A stretch of DNA of 64,000 nucleotides from Vicinamibacterales bacterium (GTDB lineage: Bacteria > Acidobacteriota > Vicinamibacteria > Vicinamibacterales > UBA2999), in the NCBI GenBank assembly GCA_050246635.1, contig JBFWVR010000008.1, positions 169,217-233,216 of the forward strand, given 5' to 3'. The notes below the pieces were generated by a model, which saw only the letters and a program-made list of their open reading frames with translations, was not told where the DNA came from and ran no database searches. Within the stretch, counting starts at the first letter, position 1. Each line of letters begins with the position of its first letter. Made by a program: the position numbers and the translations under genes. Shown here piece after piece: positions 50,987 to 59,473 of the stretch.

Positions 50987-52393
50987 GTGGCGCTCACGGC
51001 CGACCTCCAATCCACGCTCACCGCCATCGTCGGATCCGGGTTCGCCCGGACCGACGATGCCGCGCGCCTGGCGTACGGCACCGACGCGCTCCTGCGTGGT
51101 GTCCCCGCGGACCTGGTGCTGCTGCCGGCCGACACCGCGCAGGTGTCGGCCGTCGCGCGCGTGTGCGACACGCACGGGGTGCCGCTGGTGGTCCGCGGCG
51201 CGGGCACCGGCTACACCGGTGGCGCGGTCCCGCTGCGGGGCGGGGTCGTCGTCTCGATGGAGCGGTTCGACCGCATCCTCGAGATCGACGAGGCCAGCCT
51301 GCTCGCGGTGGTGCAGCCCAACGTGATCACGGCCACGCTGCAGGACGCGGTCGAGGCGCGCGGCCTGTTCTATCCGCCCGACCCCGCCAGCCTGAGACGG
51401 TCGGCCATCGGCGGCAACGTCGCCGAGTGCGCGGGTGGTCCGCGAGCCGTGAAGTACGGCACCACCAAGCGCTACGTGCTCGGGCTCGAGGCGGTCCTGC
51501 CGGGCGGGGACGTCGTGCGCACCGGCTCCAAGGCCGTGAAGAACGTCGTCGGCTACGACCTCACGCAGTTGCTCGTGGGATCCGAGGGGACGCTGGCCAT
51601 CATCACGGAGGTGATCCTCCGGCTCGTGCCGAAGCCGCCGGTGCAGGCCACGCTCGGCGCCACGTTCCGCGACATCCCGACGGCCGTCGACGCGGTGACG
51701 CGGCTCCTGCGCGCCGGCGTCGTGCCGGCGACGATCGAGCTCATCGACGAGGAGTCACTCCGGGCGGTCGAGCGGCACCTCGGGCGCCGGCTTGCCGCCG
51801 AGGGCACCGGTGCGATGCTGATCGTCGAGGTGGACGGCGTGCCCGCCGCCGTGGAGGAAGAGGCCGGGCGCGTGGCCGCCGCCTGTCACGACGCGGGCGC
51901 CCTGTCGGTCGACCGCGCGGCCACGGCGGCCGAGCGCGACGCCATCTGGGAGGCGCGCCGCGAGTTGTCCTTCGCGCTGCGGGCGCTGGCGCCACGCAAG
52001 ATCAACCACGACCTCGTGGTGCCCCGCGGTCGCATCCCCGCGCTCTTCGACTTGATCGCCGGTGTGCGCCAGCGTCATGGCCTGCTGATCCCCTGCTTCG
52101 GCCACGCCGGCGACGGCAACATCCACGTGAACCTGATGGTCGACCCCGCGAATGCCGACGAGATGCGGCGGGCCGCCGCGGCCGAACGTGAGCTGTTCGA
52201 GGGCGCGGTCGCGCTCGAGGGCTCCATCAGCGGCGAGCACGGCATCGGCTTCGCCAAGGCCCCGTTCATCGGCCTCGAGCTCTCGCCGGAGACGATCGCG
52301 CTGATGAAGCGGGTCAAGGCGGCGTTCGATCCGAACGGGATCCTGAACCCCGGCAAGATCTTTCCGCCGGACGAACAGGGGCCGGGCGTATAG
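50987..52393 (+). CDS. FAD-linked oxidase (GlcD / D-lactate dehydrogenase family)
   Basis: PCMH FAD-binding domain (PLVVRGAGTGYTGGAVP) and C-terminus GSISGEHGIGFAKAPF...DPNGILNPGKIF. The GTG start at 50987 was chosen in frame inside the longer artefactual ORF. Confidence 0.85.
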   Translation: MALTADLQSTLTAIVGSGFARTDDAARLAYGTDALLRGVPADLVLLPADTAQVSAVARVCDTHGVPLVVRGAGTGYTGGAVPLRGGVVVSMERFDRILEIDEASLLAVVQPNVITATLQDAVEARGLFYPPDPASLRRSAIGGNVAECAGGPRAVKYGTTKRYVLGLEAVLPGGDVVRTGSKAVKNVVGYDLTQLLVGSEGTLAIITEVILRLVPKPPVQATLGATFRDIPTAVDAVTRLLRAGVVPATIELIDEESLRAVERHLGRRLAAEGTGAMLIVEVDGVPAAVEEEAGRVAAACHDAGALSVDRAATAAERDAIWEARRELSFALRALAPRKINHDLVVPRGRIPALFDLIAGVRQRHGLLIPCFGHAGDGNIHVNLMVDPANADEMRRAAAAERELFEGAVALEGSISGEHGIGFAKAPFIGLELSPETIALMKRVKAAFDPNGILNPGKIFPPDEQGPGV

Positions 52394-52560
52394 GGAATCA
52401 AGAATCAAGAATCAGGAATCAAGAATCAAGAATCAAGAAAGGAAGAAGGGAAGGCGGAATTGAGAAAGGGCACCGCGACGCGGTCGCAGCCTTCATTCTT
52501 GATTCGTCCTTCCAGCCTTCCTTTCTTGATTCCGGTTTCTTGATTCTTGATTCCGTCCGC
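52394..52560. repeat. low-GC intergenic element: 6 x GAATCAR heptamer array plus long imperfect palindrome
   Basis: The heptamers span 52395..52436. The purine-rich left arm (GAAAGGAAGAAGGGAAGG) is complementary to the pyrimidine-rich right arm (CCTTCCAGCCTTCCTTTC...TTGATTCTTGATTCC). The element fills the whole gap between two convergent stop codons. Confidence 0.85.
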
Positions 52561-54228
52561 CTAGCGGTTCGACACCAGCACCACCTGCTGGATGTCCGTG
52601 GCGGGGTCCGGCCAGAGCAGGGTGCGCACCTTGATACCGCCTTCGTTGAAGTAGGGCAGTGTCGCCAGGCGGCGGGGGCGGATGCCGCGGGCCTGCTCGA
52701 ACCGCTCGAGCGTCGCGGCCGGGACGACCGCGAGCACGCGGGTCGGGCTCGCGAGGAAATCGGCGAACTGGTCGTCGTTGACGACGTCGGTCGTGCGGAC
52801 ACCCGTGTAGAAGACCAGGTTGCGGACGAACGCCTGGTAGGTGCCCACCATCTCGCCCCCCTGTCGCTCCGCCATGACGCGCCGGGCCATCTGCTGCACC
52901 GTGTCCTCGCCGGAGCCCGAGAGCGCCCCGTACTGCAGCGACACCAGCATCACGGCCGAGGCGATGGTGAGCAGGGCCGGAATGGCGCGGGCGCGGCGCA
53001 GCAGCGCGGCGCCCAGCACGAGCGCGCCGGCCGCCGCCGTGGCGCTGGCCGCCACGAGCGTCGCCGTCGGGGACACGTTGACGAGCAGGGGACTGGCCCG
53101 GTAGAGCAGCACGCCAATGGCGACGATGAAGGCGCCGCTGACGAAGCCGCCGAGCACCACCGCCAGGCTCGCGCGCGGCTGGACGCGGGTGCCGTCCAGG
53201 CCCCGCCACGTCCGCGTGCGCTCCAGGATCGACGCCGCGAGCAGGATGGCCAGCGGTGGCAGCACCGGCAGGATGTACCGCGGCTGCTTGCCGATCGAGA
53301 GCGTGAAGAAGATGAGCGGCAGCGCGGCCCAGAGCAGCAGCCGGAGGTCCATGGAGGCGATGTCCCGGCGCCGCGTGAGGAACTGCCGGACGGGGCCGAC
53401 CCAGGTGAGCGCGAGCGGCGTCCAGGGCAGGAACCCCCCGGCCACCACCGGCAGGTAGAACCACCAGGGCCGCGGGTCGTTGAAGCGGTCGGTCGCGAAG
53501 CGTTCCAGGTTGTCGCCGACGAAGAAGCCCCGGAGGTACTCCATCCCGTGCACGCGGTACATCGCGCCGTACCACGGCAGGGCAACCGCCGCGAAGATCA
53601 GCACGCCGAGCACGAAGTCGGCGGGCCGGATGTTGAGCGAGCGTCGCTCGAGCAGCACGATCGGCACGACGACGAGGGACGGCAGCAGCACGCCGAGCGG
53701 CCCCTTCATCAGGAAGGCGAGGGCCATGGCCAGCGCCGCGAGCAGCACCCACCCCCGCGGGTGTCGTTCCTGATCGAGCGTCGCGACGAATGCCGAGAAG
53801 ATGGCCAGCGTGACGAGGAAGGCGAGGGGCAGGTCTGGCAGCGCCATCCGTGCCAGGGCGAAGTACCCGAAGCTCGTGGCCGCGATCGCGCCGGCGAGCA
53901 GCCCCACGCCCTCGTCGAACCAGCGCCGGGCGGCGGCGGCCGTGACGAGGACCAGCCCGATGCCCGCCAGCGCGGACCAGAGGCGGGCGCCGGCCTCGGC
54001 GGGGCCCGTGACAAGGTAGGTCGCCGAGGTGAGCCAGTAGTACAGGACCGGCTTCTGGAACCGGGGTTCGTAGTTGTAGTACGGCGTGAGCCAGTCGCCC
54101 GACTGCACCATCTCGCGCGCCGACTCGGCATAGAACGCCTCGTCCGCGTCGGTGATGGCGCCGCGGCCGAGCCCGGCGCAGAACGTCAGCAGGGCCAGGA
54201 GCAGCAGGGGGATCGTCGCCTGTCGCAC
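52561..54228 (-). CDS. glycosyltransferase family 39 (ArnT / PMT-like, polytopic membrane)
   Basis: DEAFYAESAREMVQSGDWLTPYYNYEPRFQKPVLYYWL (the DE..Y loop typical of GT39/ArnT) and about 12 TM segments. The start is proposed at GTG 54228 (MRQATIPLLLL), 8 nt after TACAAT. The ATG at 54282 is an alternative but would overlap the divergent gene. Confidence 0.8.
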   Translation of the reverse strand: MRQATIPLLLLALLTFCAGLGRGAITDADEAFYAESAREMVQSGDWLTPYYNYEPRFQKPVLYYWLTSATYLVTGPAEAGARLWSALAGIGLVLVTAAAARRWFDEGVGLLAGAIAATSFGYFALARMALPDLPLAFLVTLAIFSAFVATLDQERHPRGWVLLAALAMALAFLMKGPLGVLLPSLVVVPIVLLERRSLNIRPADFVLGVLIFAAVALPWYGAMYRVHGMEYLRGFFVGDNLERFATDRFNDPRPWWFYLPVVAGGFLPWTPLALTWVGPVRQFLTRRRDIASMDLRLLLWAALPLIFFTLSIGKQPRYILPVLPPLAILLAASILERTRTWRGLDGTRVQPRASLAVVLGGFVSGAFIVAIGVLLYRASPLLVNVSPTATLVAASATAAAGALVLGAALLRRARAIPALLTIASAVMLVSLQYGALSGSGEDTVQQMARRVMAERQGGEMVGTYQAFVRNLVFYTGVRTTDVVNDDQFADFLASPTRVLAVVPAATLERFEQARGIRPRRLATLPYFNEGGIKVRTLLWPDPATDIQQVVLVSNR

Positions 54229-54280
54229 GGAGCGCCATTGTACCCGGGGCGCGACCCGGGACGGACGGTATACTGGGCCC

Positions 54281-54649
54281 ATGAAGACCGTCGCGGTCAT
54301 CGGGGCGAGCACGAACCGTGCAAAGTTCGGGAACAAGGCCGTCCGGGCCTTTGCCGCCCAGGGGTACCGCGTGATCCCCATCACGCCGCACCATGCCGAG
54401 GTGGAGGGCTTTCGCGCCTACCCGTCGGTGACCGACGTGCCCGGCCCGATTGACATGGCGACTGTCTATGTGCCGCCGGAGGTGGGCGAGACCCTGGTGG
54501 CCGACCTCGCGGCCCGGCAGATCCCGGAAATCTGGCTCAACCCCGGCGCCGAGTCGGACGCCCTCGTGGCCCGGTTCCGGGCGGCCGGGGTGTCGCCGAT
54601 CCAGGCCTGCAGCATCATGGGAATCGGCTTGAGCCCGGCCGGGTTCTGA
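54281..54649 (+). CDS. CoA-binding domain protein (YccU/YneT-like)
   Basis: MKTVAVIGASTNRAKFGNKAVRAF...IWLNPGAES. 122 aa. The ATG lies 6 nt after TATACT (54269..54274). Confidence 0.8.
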   Translation: MKTVAVIGASTNRAKFGNKAVRAFAAQGYRVIPITPHHAEVEGFRAYPSVTDVPGPIDMATVYVPPEVGETLVADLAARQIPEIWLNPGAESDALVARFRAAGVSPIQACSIMGIGLSPAGF

Positions 54650-54795
54650 TATACTCGGCGCAGTAACCGCAACCGATCCTTCCTGACAGCAGCCAGTCGC
54701 GGGCGCCGCCCGCACCCGGGCGTCCCCGACGGGACGTGGCGTCCCACACCAGTCCCCCGACCTGCAACCGGTTCGTCAACCTCCGGAACAGCACC

Positions 54796-56172
54796 ATGCC
54801 CAGTCCCAACAAGCGTCAAGGTTCATCCAGCCGTGGCGGCAACGGCCGCGCGGCCCAGCCGCCGGACGTGGGGGAGCCGCAGCTCGAGGCCCCGACGGGC
54901 CCGGATGGCCGTCGCATCGGCCTGAACATCACCGAGCTGAAGGACATGAGCATCCAGCACCTCACGCAGGTGGCCAAGGATCTCAACGTCGCCGGCGCCA
55001 CCGGCATGCGGAAGCAGGAGCTGATCTTCCAGATCCTGAAGGCGCAGACCGAGCAGAGCGGCTTCATCTTCTCGGAGGGGGTGCTCGAGGTGCTGCCCGA
55101 CGGCTTCGGTTTCCTGCGGGCGCCCGACTACAACTACCTGCCGGGGCCGGACGACATCTACGTCTCGCCCTCCCAGATTCGCAAGTTCGACCTCCAGACC
55201 GGCGACACCGTCTCGGGGCAGATCCGTCCCCCGAAGGAAGGCGAGCGGTACTTCGCGCTCATCAAGGTCGAGGCCGTCAACTTCGAGGCCCCGGACCAGG
55301 CGCGCGACAAGCTGTTCTTCGAGAACCTCACCCCGCTCTACCCGCAGGAGCGCATCCGGCTCGAGACGGAGGCCGACAACCTCTCGGCGCGCGTCATGGA
55401 CCTCATGACCCCCATCGGCAAGGGGCAGCGCGGGCTCATCGTCGCGCCGCCGCGCACCGGCAAGACGATGCTGCTGCAGAACATCGCGCAGTCGGTGGCG
55501 AAGAACCACCCCGAGGTCTACCTGATCGTGCTGCTGATCGACGAGCGGCCCGAGGAGGTCACCGACATGCAGCGGTCGGTGGACGGCGAGGTCGTCTCGT
55601 CCACGTTCGACGAGCCGGCGCAGCGCCACGTCCAGGTGGCCGAGATGGTGATCGAGAAGGCGAAGCGCCTGGTCGAGCACCGCAAGGACGTGCTGATCCT
55701 GCTCGACTCGGTCACGCGCCTGGCGCGGGCCTACAACACGGTGATCCCGCCCTCGGGCAAGGTGCTCTCCGGCGGCCTCGACAGCAACGCGCTGCAGAAG
55801 CCGAAGCGGTTCTTCGGCGCCGCCCGCAACATCGAGGAGGGGGGCTCGCTCACCATCATCGCGACCGCGCTCGTCGACACCGGCTCCCGCATGGACGACG
55901 TGATCTTCGAGGAGTTCAAGGGCACCGGGAACATGGAGATCCATCTCGACCGGAAGCTCACCGACAAACGCGTCTTCCCGTCGATCGACATCCTCAAGAG
56001 CGGCACCCGCAAGGAGGAGCTCCTCATCCCCCGCGAGGACCTGAACCGGATCTGGGTGCTGCGCAAGGTGCTGAACCCGCTCTCACCGGTCGAGGCGATG
56101 GAGCTGCTGCTCGACAAGATGGCCAAGACGAAGAACAACGCAGAGTTCCTCGCGGCGATGCAGCGAGGCTAG
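54796..56172 (+). CDS. rho: transcription termination factor Rho
   Basis: N-terminal domain [23 protein letters not shown], cold-shock-like RNA-binding domain [14 protein letters not shown], Walker A APPRTGKT and the ATPase domain. A roughly 35-aa Gly/Arg/Pro-rich N-terminal extension is present. Confidence 0.95.
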   Translation: MPSPNKRQGSSSRGGNGRAAQPPDVGEPQLEAPTGPDGRRIGLNITELKDMSIQHLTQVAKDLNVAGATGMRKQELIFQILKAQTEQSGFIFSEGVLEVLPDGFGFLRAPDYNYLPGPDDIYVSPSQIRKFDLQTGDTVSGQIRPPKEGERYFALIKVEAVNFEAPDQARDKLFFENLTPLYPQERIRLETEADNLSARVMDLMTPIGKGQRGLIVAPPRTGKTMLLQNIAQSVAKNHPEVYLIVLLIDERPEEVTDMQRSVDGEVVSSTFDEPAQRHVQVAEMVIEKAKRLVEHRKDVLILLDSVTRLARAYNTVIPPSGKVLSGGLDSNALQKPKRFFGAARNIEEGGSLTIIATALVDTGSRMDDVIFEEFKGTGNMEIHLDRKLTDKRVFPSIDILKSGTRKEELLIPREDLNRIWVLRKVLNPLSPVEAMELLLDKMAKTKNNAEFLAAMQRG

Positions 56173-56284
56173 ACATTTGAGATTGAAGATTGAGGATTGA
56201 AGATTGAGTCGGAACGCGCTTCGCGCGTTCCGACCGTCTTCTTCTCTGCCTTCTTACTTCTGCCTTCTTACTTCCTCACGGGTC
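56173..56284. repeat. low-GC intergenic element: 4 x GATTGAR heptamers, GC hairpin, pyrimidine-rich tail with 2 x 14-mer
   Basis: The heptamers span 56181..56208 and the hairpin 56208..56234. TGCCTTCTTACTTC is duplicated at 56247..56260 and 56261..56274. The element fills the gap between the rho stop and the convergent permease stop. Confidence 0.85.
56208..56234. terminator. perfect GC-rich hairpin (likely terminator of rho and/or the convergent operon)
   Basis: GTCGGAACGCGC-TTC-GCGCGTTCCGAC forms an 11-12 bp perfect stem. On the plus strand it is followed by CGTCTTCTTCTCT. Confidence 0.65.
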
Positions 56285-58990
56285 CTACTCCGTGCGCAGC
56301 GCGAGGGCGGGGTCGAGGCGGGAGGCGCGTCGGGCGGGGAGGTAGCCGGCGGCGAGGGCCACGACGGTCAGGCCCAGCGCGACGCCGAGGAGCACCCACG
56401 GAGTCAGCGTCACCAGCCCGAACAGCGCCGACTCCATGACCCGGCCGAGCGCGAAGGCGAGCGCCGCCCCCACGACGACGCCGGCCGCCGTGATCTTCAG
56501 CGCCTGGGCGCCGGTCAGCCGGATCACTTCCCACCGCGACGCGCCGAGCGCGAGCCGGACGCCAATCTCCTGCGTGCGGCGCGCCGCCATGAAGGCCATC
56601 AGGCTGTACATCCCCATCAGCGCCAGCGCGAGCGCGATGAGGCTCATGACGGCCAGGGCATTGGCGAGGAAGTTGATGCCGGCGACCTTGTCGGCCACGA
56701 CCTGGTTCATGGAGCGGACCTGCGCGACGGGCAGGTCCGGATCCGCCGCGGCGACCGCCTGCCGCAGCGCGCCACCTGCCTGCACGGGATCGCCGACCGT
56801 GCGTGCCGTGATGGCCATCGCCCATGAGGGGTCCTGGGCCATCGGCCGGTAGACCGCCGCGGTGCGCGTGCGCATGAACCAGTCCTCGGTGAGATCGCCG
56901 ACGACCCCGACCACTTCCACCCAGGGGCCGTCCTCCGCCAGGCGGAACCGATGCCCGACGGCCGGCTCTCCCGGCCAGTACCGGTCCGCCAGGCTGCGGC
57001 TGACGACGGCCACCGGCCGCGTCTCCTCCCGGTCGTCGTCGGTGAGCAGCCGCCCGGCAAGCAGCGGCACGCCCATCGTCTCGTGGTAGCCAGGCGTGAC
57101 CCGGCTGTACTGGATGGTGCGCGCCTCGGCGGGCGCGAGTGCGACACCTTCGGGGTAGAAGGGACGGCTCGATCCCATCTGCTCGTAGGGCAACGAGCTG
57201 CTGGCCGCGGTGCGGGTGATGGCCGGCACCTGTCCGAGCCGCTGGAGCACGGTGTCGACGAACTGCCGCCGCTCCTGCGGCGTGTCGTACACCGCGTCCG
57301 GCAGCGTCAGCGTGGCCGTGATCAGGTTCCGCTTGTCGAAGCCGATGGCCCCGTTGACGGCTTCGTCCACGGCCCCGAGGATCACCGCCGACGCCACCAC
57401 GAGGGCCAGCGTGAGGGCCACCTGGCCGGTGGCCAGCAGCGCCCGCCCCCATTGGCGGCGCGTGGAGGCGGTCGTCGTGCGGCCGCCCTGCCGGAGCGTG
57501 TCCGCCACCGCCGACCGTGCGGCGTGGATGGCCGGACCGAGTGAGAAGATCACCGAGGCCAGAACGGCCAGGCCGGCCACGACGGCGAGCGACGCGGCGT
57601 CGAGGCCGAGGAACTGGTAACCAGGCACGAAGCGCACGATGTTCGCGGGCAGGAAGTCGCGCGTGATCGACGCGCCCACCCACGCGAGGGGGACGGCGGC
57701 GGCAACCGCGAGCACGGCGAGGCAGACGCCCTCGATCAGCAACTGCAACAGGAGCCGCGCCCGTCCCGCGCCGAGCGCGAGGCGCAACGCGAACTCCTGC
57801 TGCCGCTCGGTGCCCCGGGCGAGCAGGAGGTTTGCGACGTTCGCGCAGGCAATCACGAGCAGCAGCAGCGCCGCCGCCTGCCAGATCGCGAGGAAGGGTC
57901 CCGCACCCGGGTCGCGCATGGCCTCGGTGAAGCTTGCCACCGTGGCCACACGCTGGCTGTTGGTGTCGGGAAAGGCGGCCGCCTGCCGTCGCACGAGACC
58001 CGCCAGTTCCGCCTGGGCCGCCCCGACCGACTGGCCGTCGGCGAGGCGCCCGAGCACCATCAGGAACGCGCGCTGCCGGTCGGCCCACTCCTCGTCCGTG
58101 TAGCCAAGGGGCGCCCAGACCTCGGCGCCGAAGGGCAACTGGAAGCCGGGCGGCATGATGCCGACGACCTGCTGCATCTCCCCGTCGATCCGGAGGCTCT
58201 GGCCGAGGATGCCCGGGTCGCCGCCGAAGCGGCGCTGCCAGAGGGCGTGCGAGAGCAGCACCACGCGGTGCTGTCCATTGACGTCCTCCCCGGCGGTGAA
58301 GTCGCGCCCGAGGGCCGGGCGCACGCCGAGCGTGCGGAAGAAGTCGGCGCTCACGCGGAATCCCGCGAGCCGCTCGGGCGCCTCCTGCGTGTTGCGGCCG
58401 GAGAGGTTTGGATCCCACCACTGCGCGGCCGCGAGCCCCGTGATGGTGTGCACGTCCCGCACCCAGTCGCGGAAGTCGGCCGGGGCGACCGACTCGCGAT
58501 CGAAGAACGGGGTCTCCGACGGCGCCGCCGTGGAGACCATCACGAGCCGCGACGCGTCCTCGAACCGGAACGGACGGAGGTACAGGGCGTCGGCCAGGTT
58601 GAAGATGGTCGCGTTGGCGGCCAGGGCCGTGGCCAGCGTGATGACGATGACGCCGGTGAGCGCCGGGCGATGCCAGAGGCTGCGCCAGGCGTGCCGGACC
58701 TCGCGGCCCCAGCCGGAGCCAAGCCGGCCGCCATCCACCTCCGGCGCCGAGAAGGCGAGGTTCGACGGGCGATGGGGCAGGGCACCAGGGACCACGCGGC
58801 CCGCGGTGAACCGCGCGCCGAGGGCGAGCGCCTGCCGCCAGTACCACCGTCGCGCGGCTGCCTCGCCGCCGCGAAGGGCGAGCGTGGCGAACTCCTCGCG
58901 CAGGTCCCCGGAGACCGCGTCACGCCATTCGGGATCGCGCACGGACCAGCGCAGCAGGCGTTCGGCGGCGGCGGGCGGCGTGGGGGTCAT
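56285..58990 (-). CDS. duplicated FtsX/MacB-type ABC permease (ADOP-family-like)
   Basis: 901 aa with two MacB_PCD plus FtsX modules. The N-terminus (ERLLRWSVRDPEWRDAVSGDLREEF...RRWYWRQALAL) is typical of acidobacterial duplicated orphan permeases. It overlaps the padR gene by 4 nt. Confidence 0.85.
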   Translation of the reverse strand: MTPTPPAAAERLLRWSVRDPEWRDAVSGDLREEFATLALRGGEAAARRWYWRQALALGARFTAGRVVPGALPHRPSNLAFSAPEVDGGRLGSGWGREVRHAWRSLWHRPALTGVIVITLATALAANATIFNLADALYLRPFRFEDASRLVMVSTAAPSETPFFDRESVAPADFRDWVRDVHTITGLAAAQWWDPNLSGRNTQEAPERLAGFRVSADFFRTLGVRPALGRDFTAGEDVNGQHRVVLLSHALWQRRFGGDPGILGQSLRIDGEMQQVVGIMPPGFQLPFGAEVWAPLGYTDEEWADRQRAFLMVLGRLADGQSVGAAQAELAGLVRRQAAAFPDTNSQRVATVASFTEAMRDPGAGPFLAIWQAAALLLLVIACANVANLLLARGTERQQEFALRLALGAGRARLLLQLLIEGVCLAVLAVAAAVPLAWVGASITRDFLPANIVRFVPGYQFLGLDAASLAVVAGLAVLASVIFSLGPAIHAARSAVADTLRQGGRTTTASTRRQWGRALLATGQVALTLALVVASAVILGAVDEAVNGAIGFDKRNLITATLTLPDAVYDTPQERRQFVDTVLQRLGQVPAITRTAASSSLPYEQMGSSRPFYPEGVALAPAEARTIQYSRVTPGYHETMGVPLLAGRLLTDDDREETRPVAVVSRSLADRYWPGEPAVGHRFRLAEDGPWVEVVGVVGDLTEDWFMRTRTAAVYRPMAQDPSWAMAITARTVGDPVQAGGALRQAVAAADPDLPVAQVRSMNQVVADKVAGINFLANALAVMSLIALALALMGMYSLMAFMAARRTQEIGVRLALGASRWEVIRLTGAQALKITAAGVVVGAALAFALGRVMESALFGLVTLTPWVLLGVALGLTVVALAAGYLPARRASRLDPALALRTE

Positions 58991-59319
58991 GGCTGCTCCA
59001 GCAGGCCTTCGAGGCCCTGCGACAGGCGGGACAGGGCGGCGTGCGTCGCGCGCAGCGTGCGCAGGCCGAGCGGGGTGACGCTGAAGTAGCGCCGGGCACG
59101 GCCGCCGCGCTCGGGCGTCGGGTCACCCATCCGCGATCGCAGGCAGCCCTTGCCCTCCAGCCGCTCGAGCGCCGTGTACAAGGCCCCGCGCGCCACCGGT
59201 CGCCCCGTGCGCGCCTCGAGGAGGGCACGGATCGGGACCGCGTAGGCGTCGGCATCCACGTGCAGGATTGCCAGCAGGACCGCGTATTCGAACTCGCCGA
59301 GATAGGGAGCAGGTTTCAT
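58987..59319 (-). CDS. PadR-family transcriptional regulator
   Basis: LGEFEYAVLLAILHVDADAYAVPIRALLEARTGRPVARGALYTALERLEGKGCL is a PadR wHTH. Start trimmed to ATG 59319 (MKPAPYLGEF). Confidence 0.88.
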   Translation of the reverse strand: MKPAPYLGEFEYAVLLAILHVDADAYAVPIRALLEARTGRPVARGALYTALERLEGKGCLRSRMGDPTPERGGRARRYFSVTPLGLRTLRATHAALSRLSQGLEGLLEQP

Positions 59320-59321
59320 GT

Positions 59322-59355
59322 CTGCAACGCAGGCTAAATGATGTCTACGTTGCAG
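59322..59355. promoter_or_regulatory. candidate operator: perfect 8-bp inverted repeat upstream of padR
   Basis: CTGCAACG (59322..59329), 18 nt, then CGTTGCAG (59348..59355), starting 3 nt upstream of the padR start codon. Confidence 0.45.
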
Positions 59356-59380
59356 GCAATAGGAAGGTTCCACGTACGAA

Positions 59381-59473
59381 AATAGAGAATCAAGAATCCC
59401 CGAATCGTGAAAGGAATTCTGGAATTTTGAATTCGGAATTCCTTTCGCGATTCCGTGTTCTTGATTCTCTATT
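59381..59473. repeat. low-GC 93-bp near-perfect palindromic element containing the GAATCAAGAA core
   Basis: The arm pairings are 59381..59396 with 59458..59473 (16 bp perfect), 59402..59407 with 59448..59453 (6 bp), and 59409..59419 with 59436..59446 (11 bp). Three GAATTC sites lie at the centre. The element abuts the ftsH stop codon. Confidence 0.9.

Noticed and set aside
52391-52555. Stop-codon read-through of the GlcD-like gene into the heptamer array. The frame stays open for about 54 codons after the TAG (GIKNQESGIKNQES...).
   Set aside because: The open frame is a by-product of the 7-nt repeat and a purine-rich sequence lacking stops. Its composition is unlike the rest of the proteome, and the region is better explained as a palindromic non-coding element.
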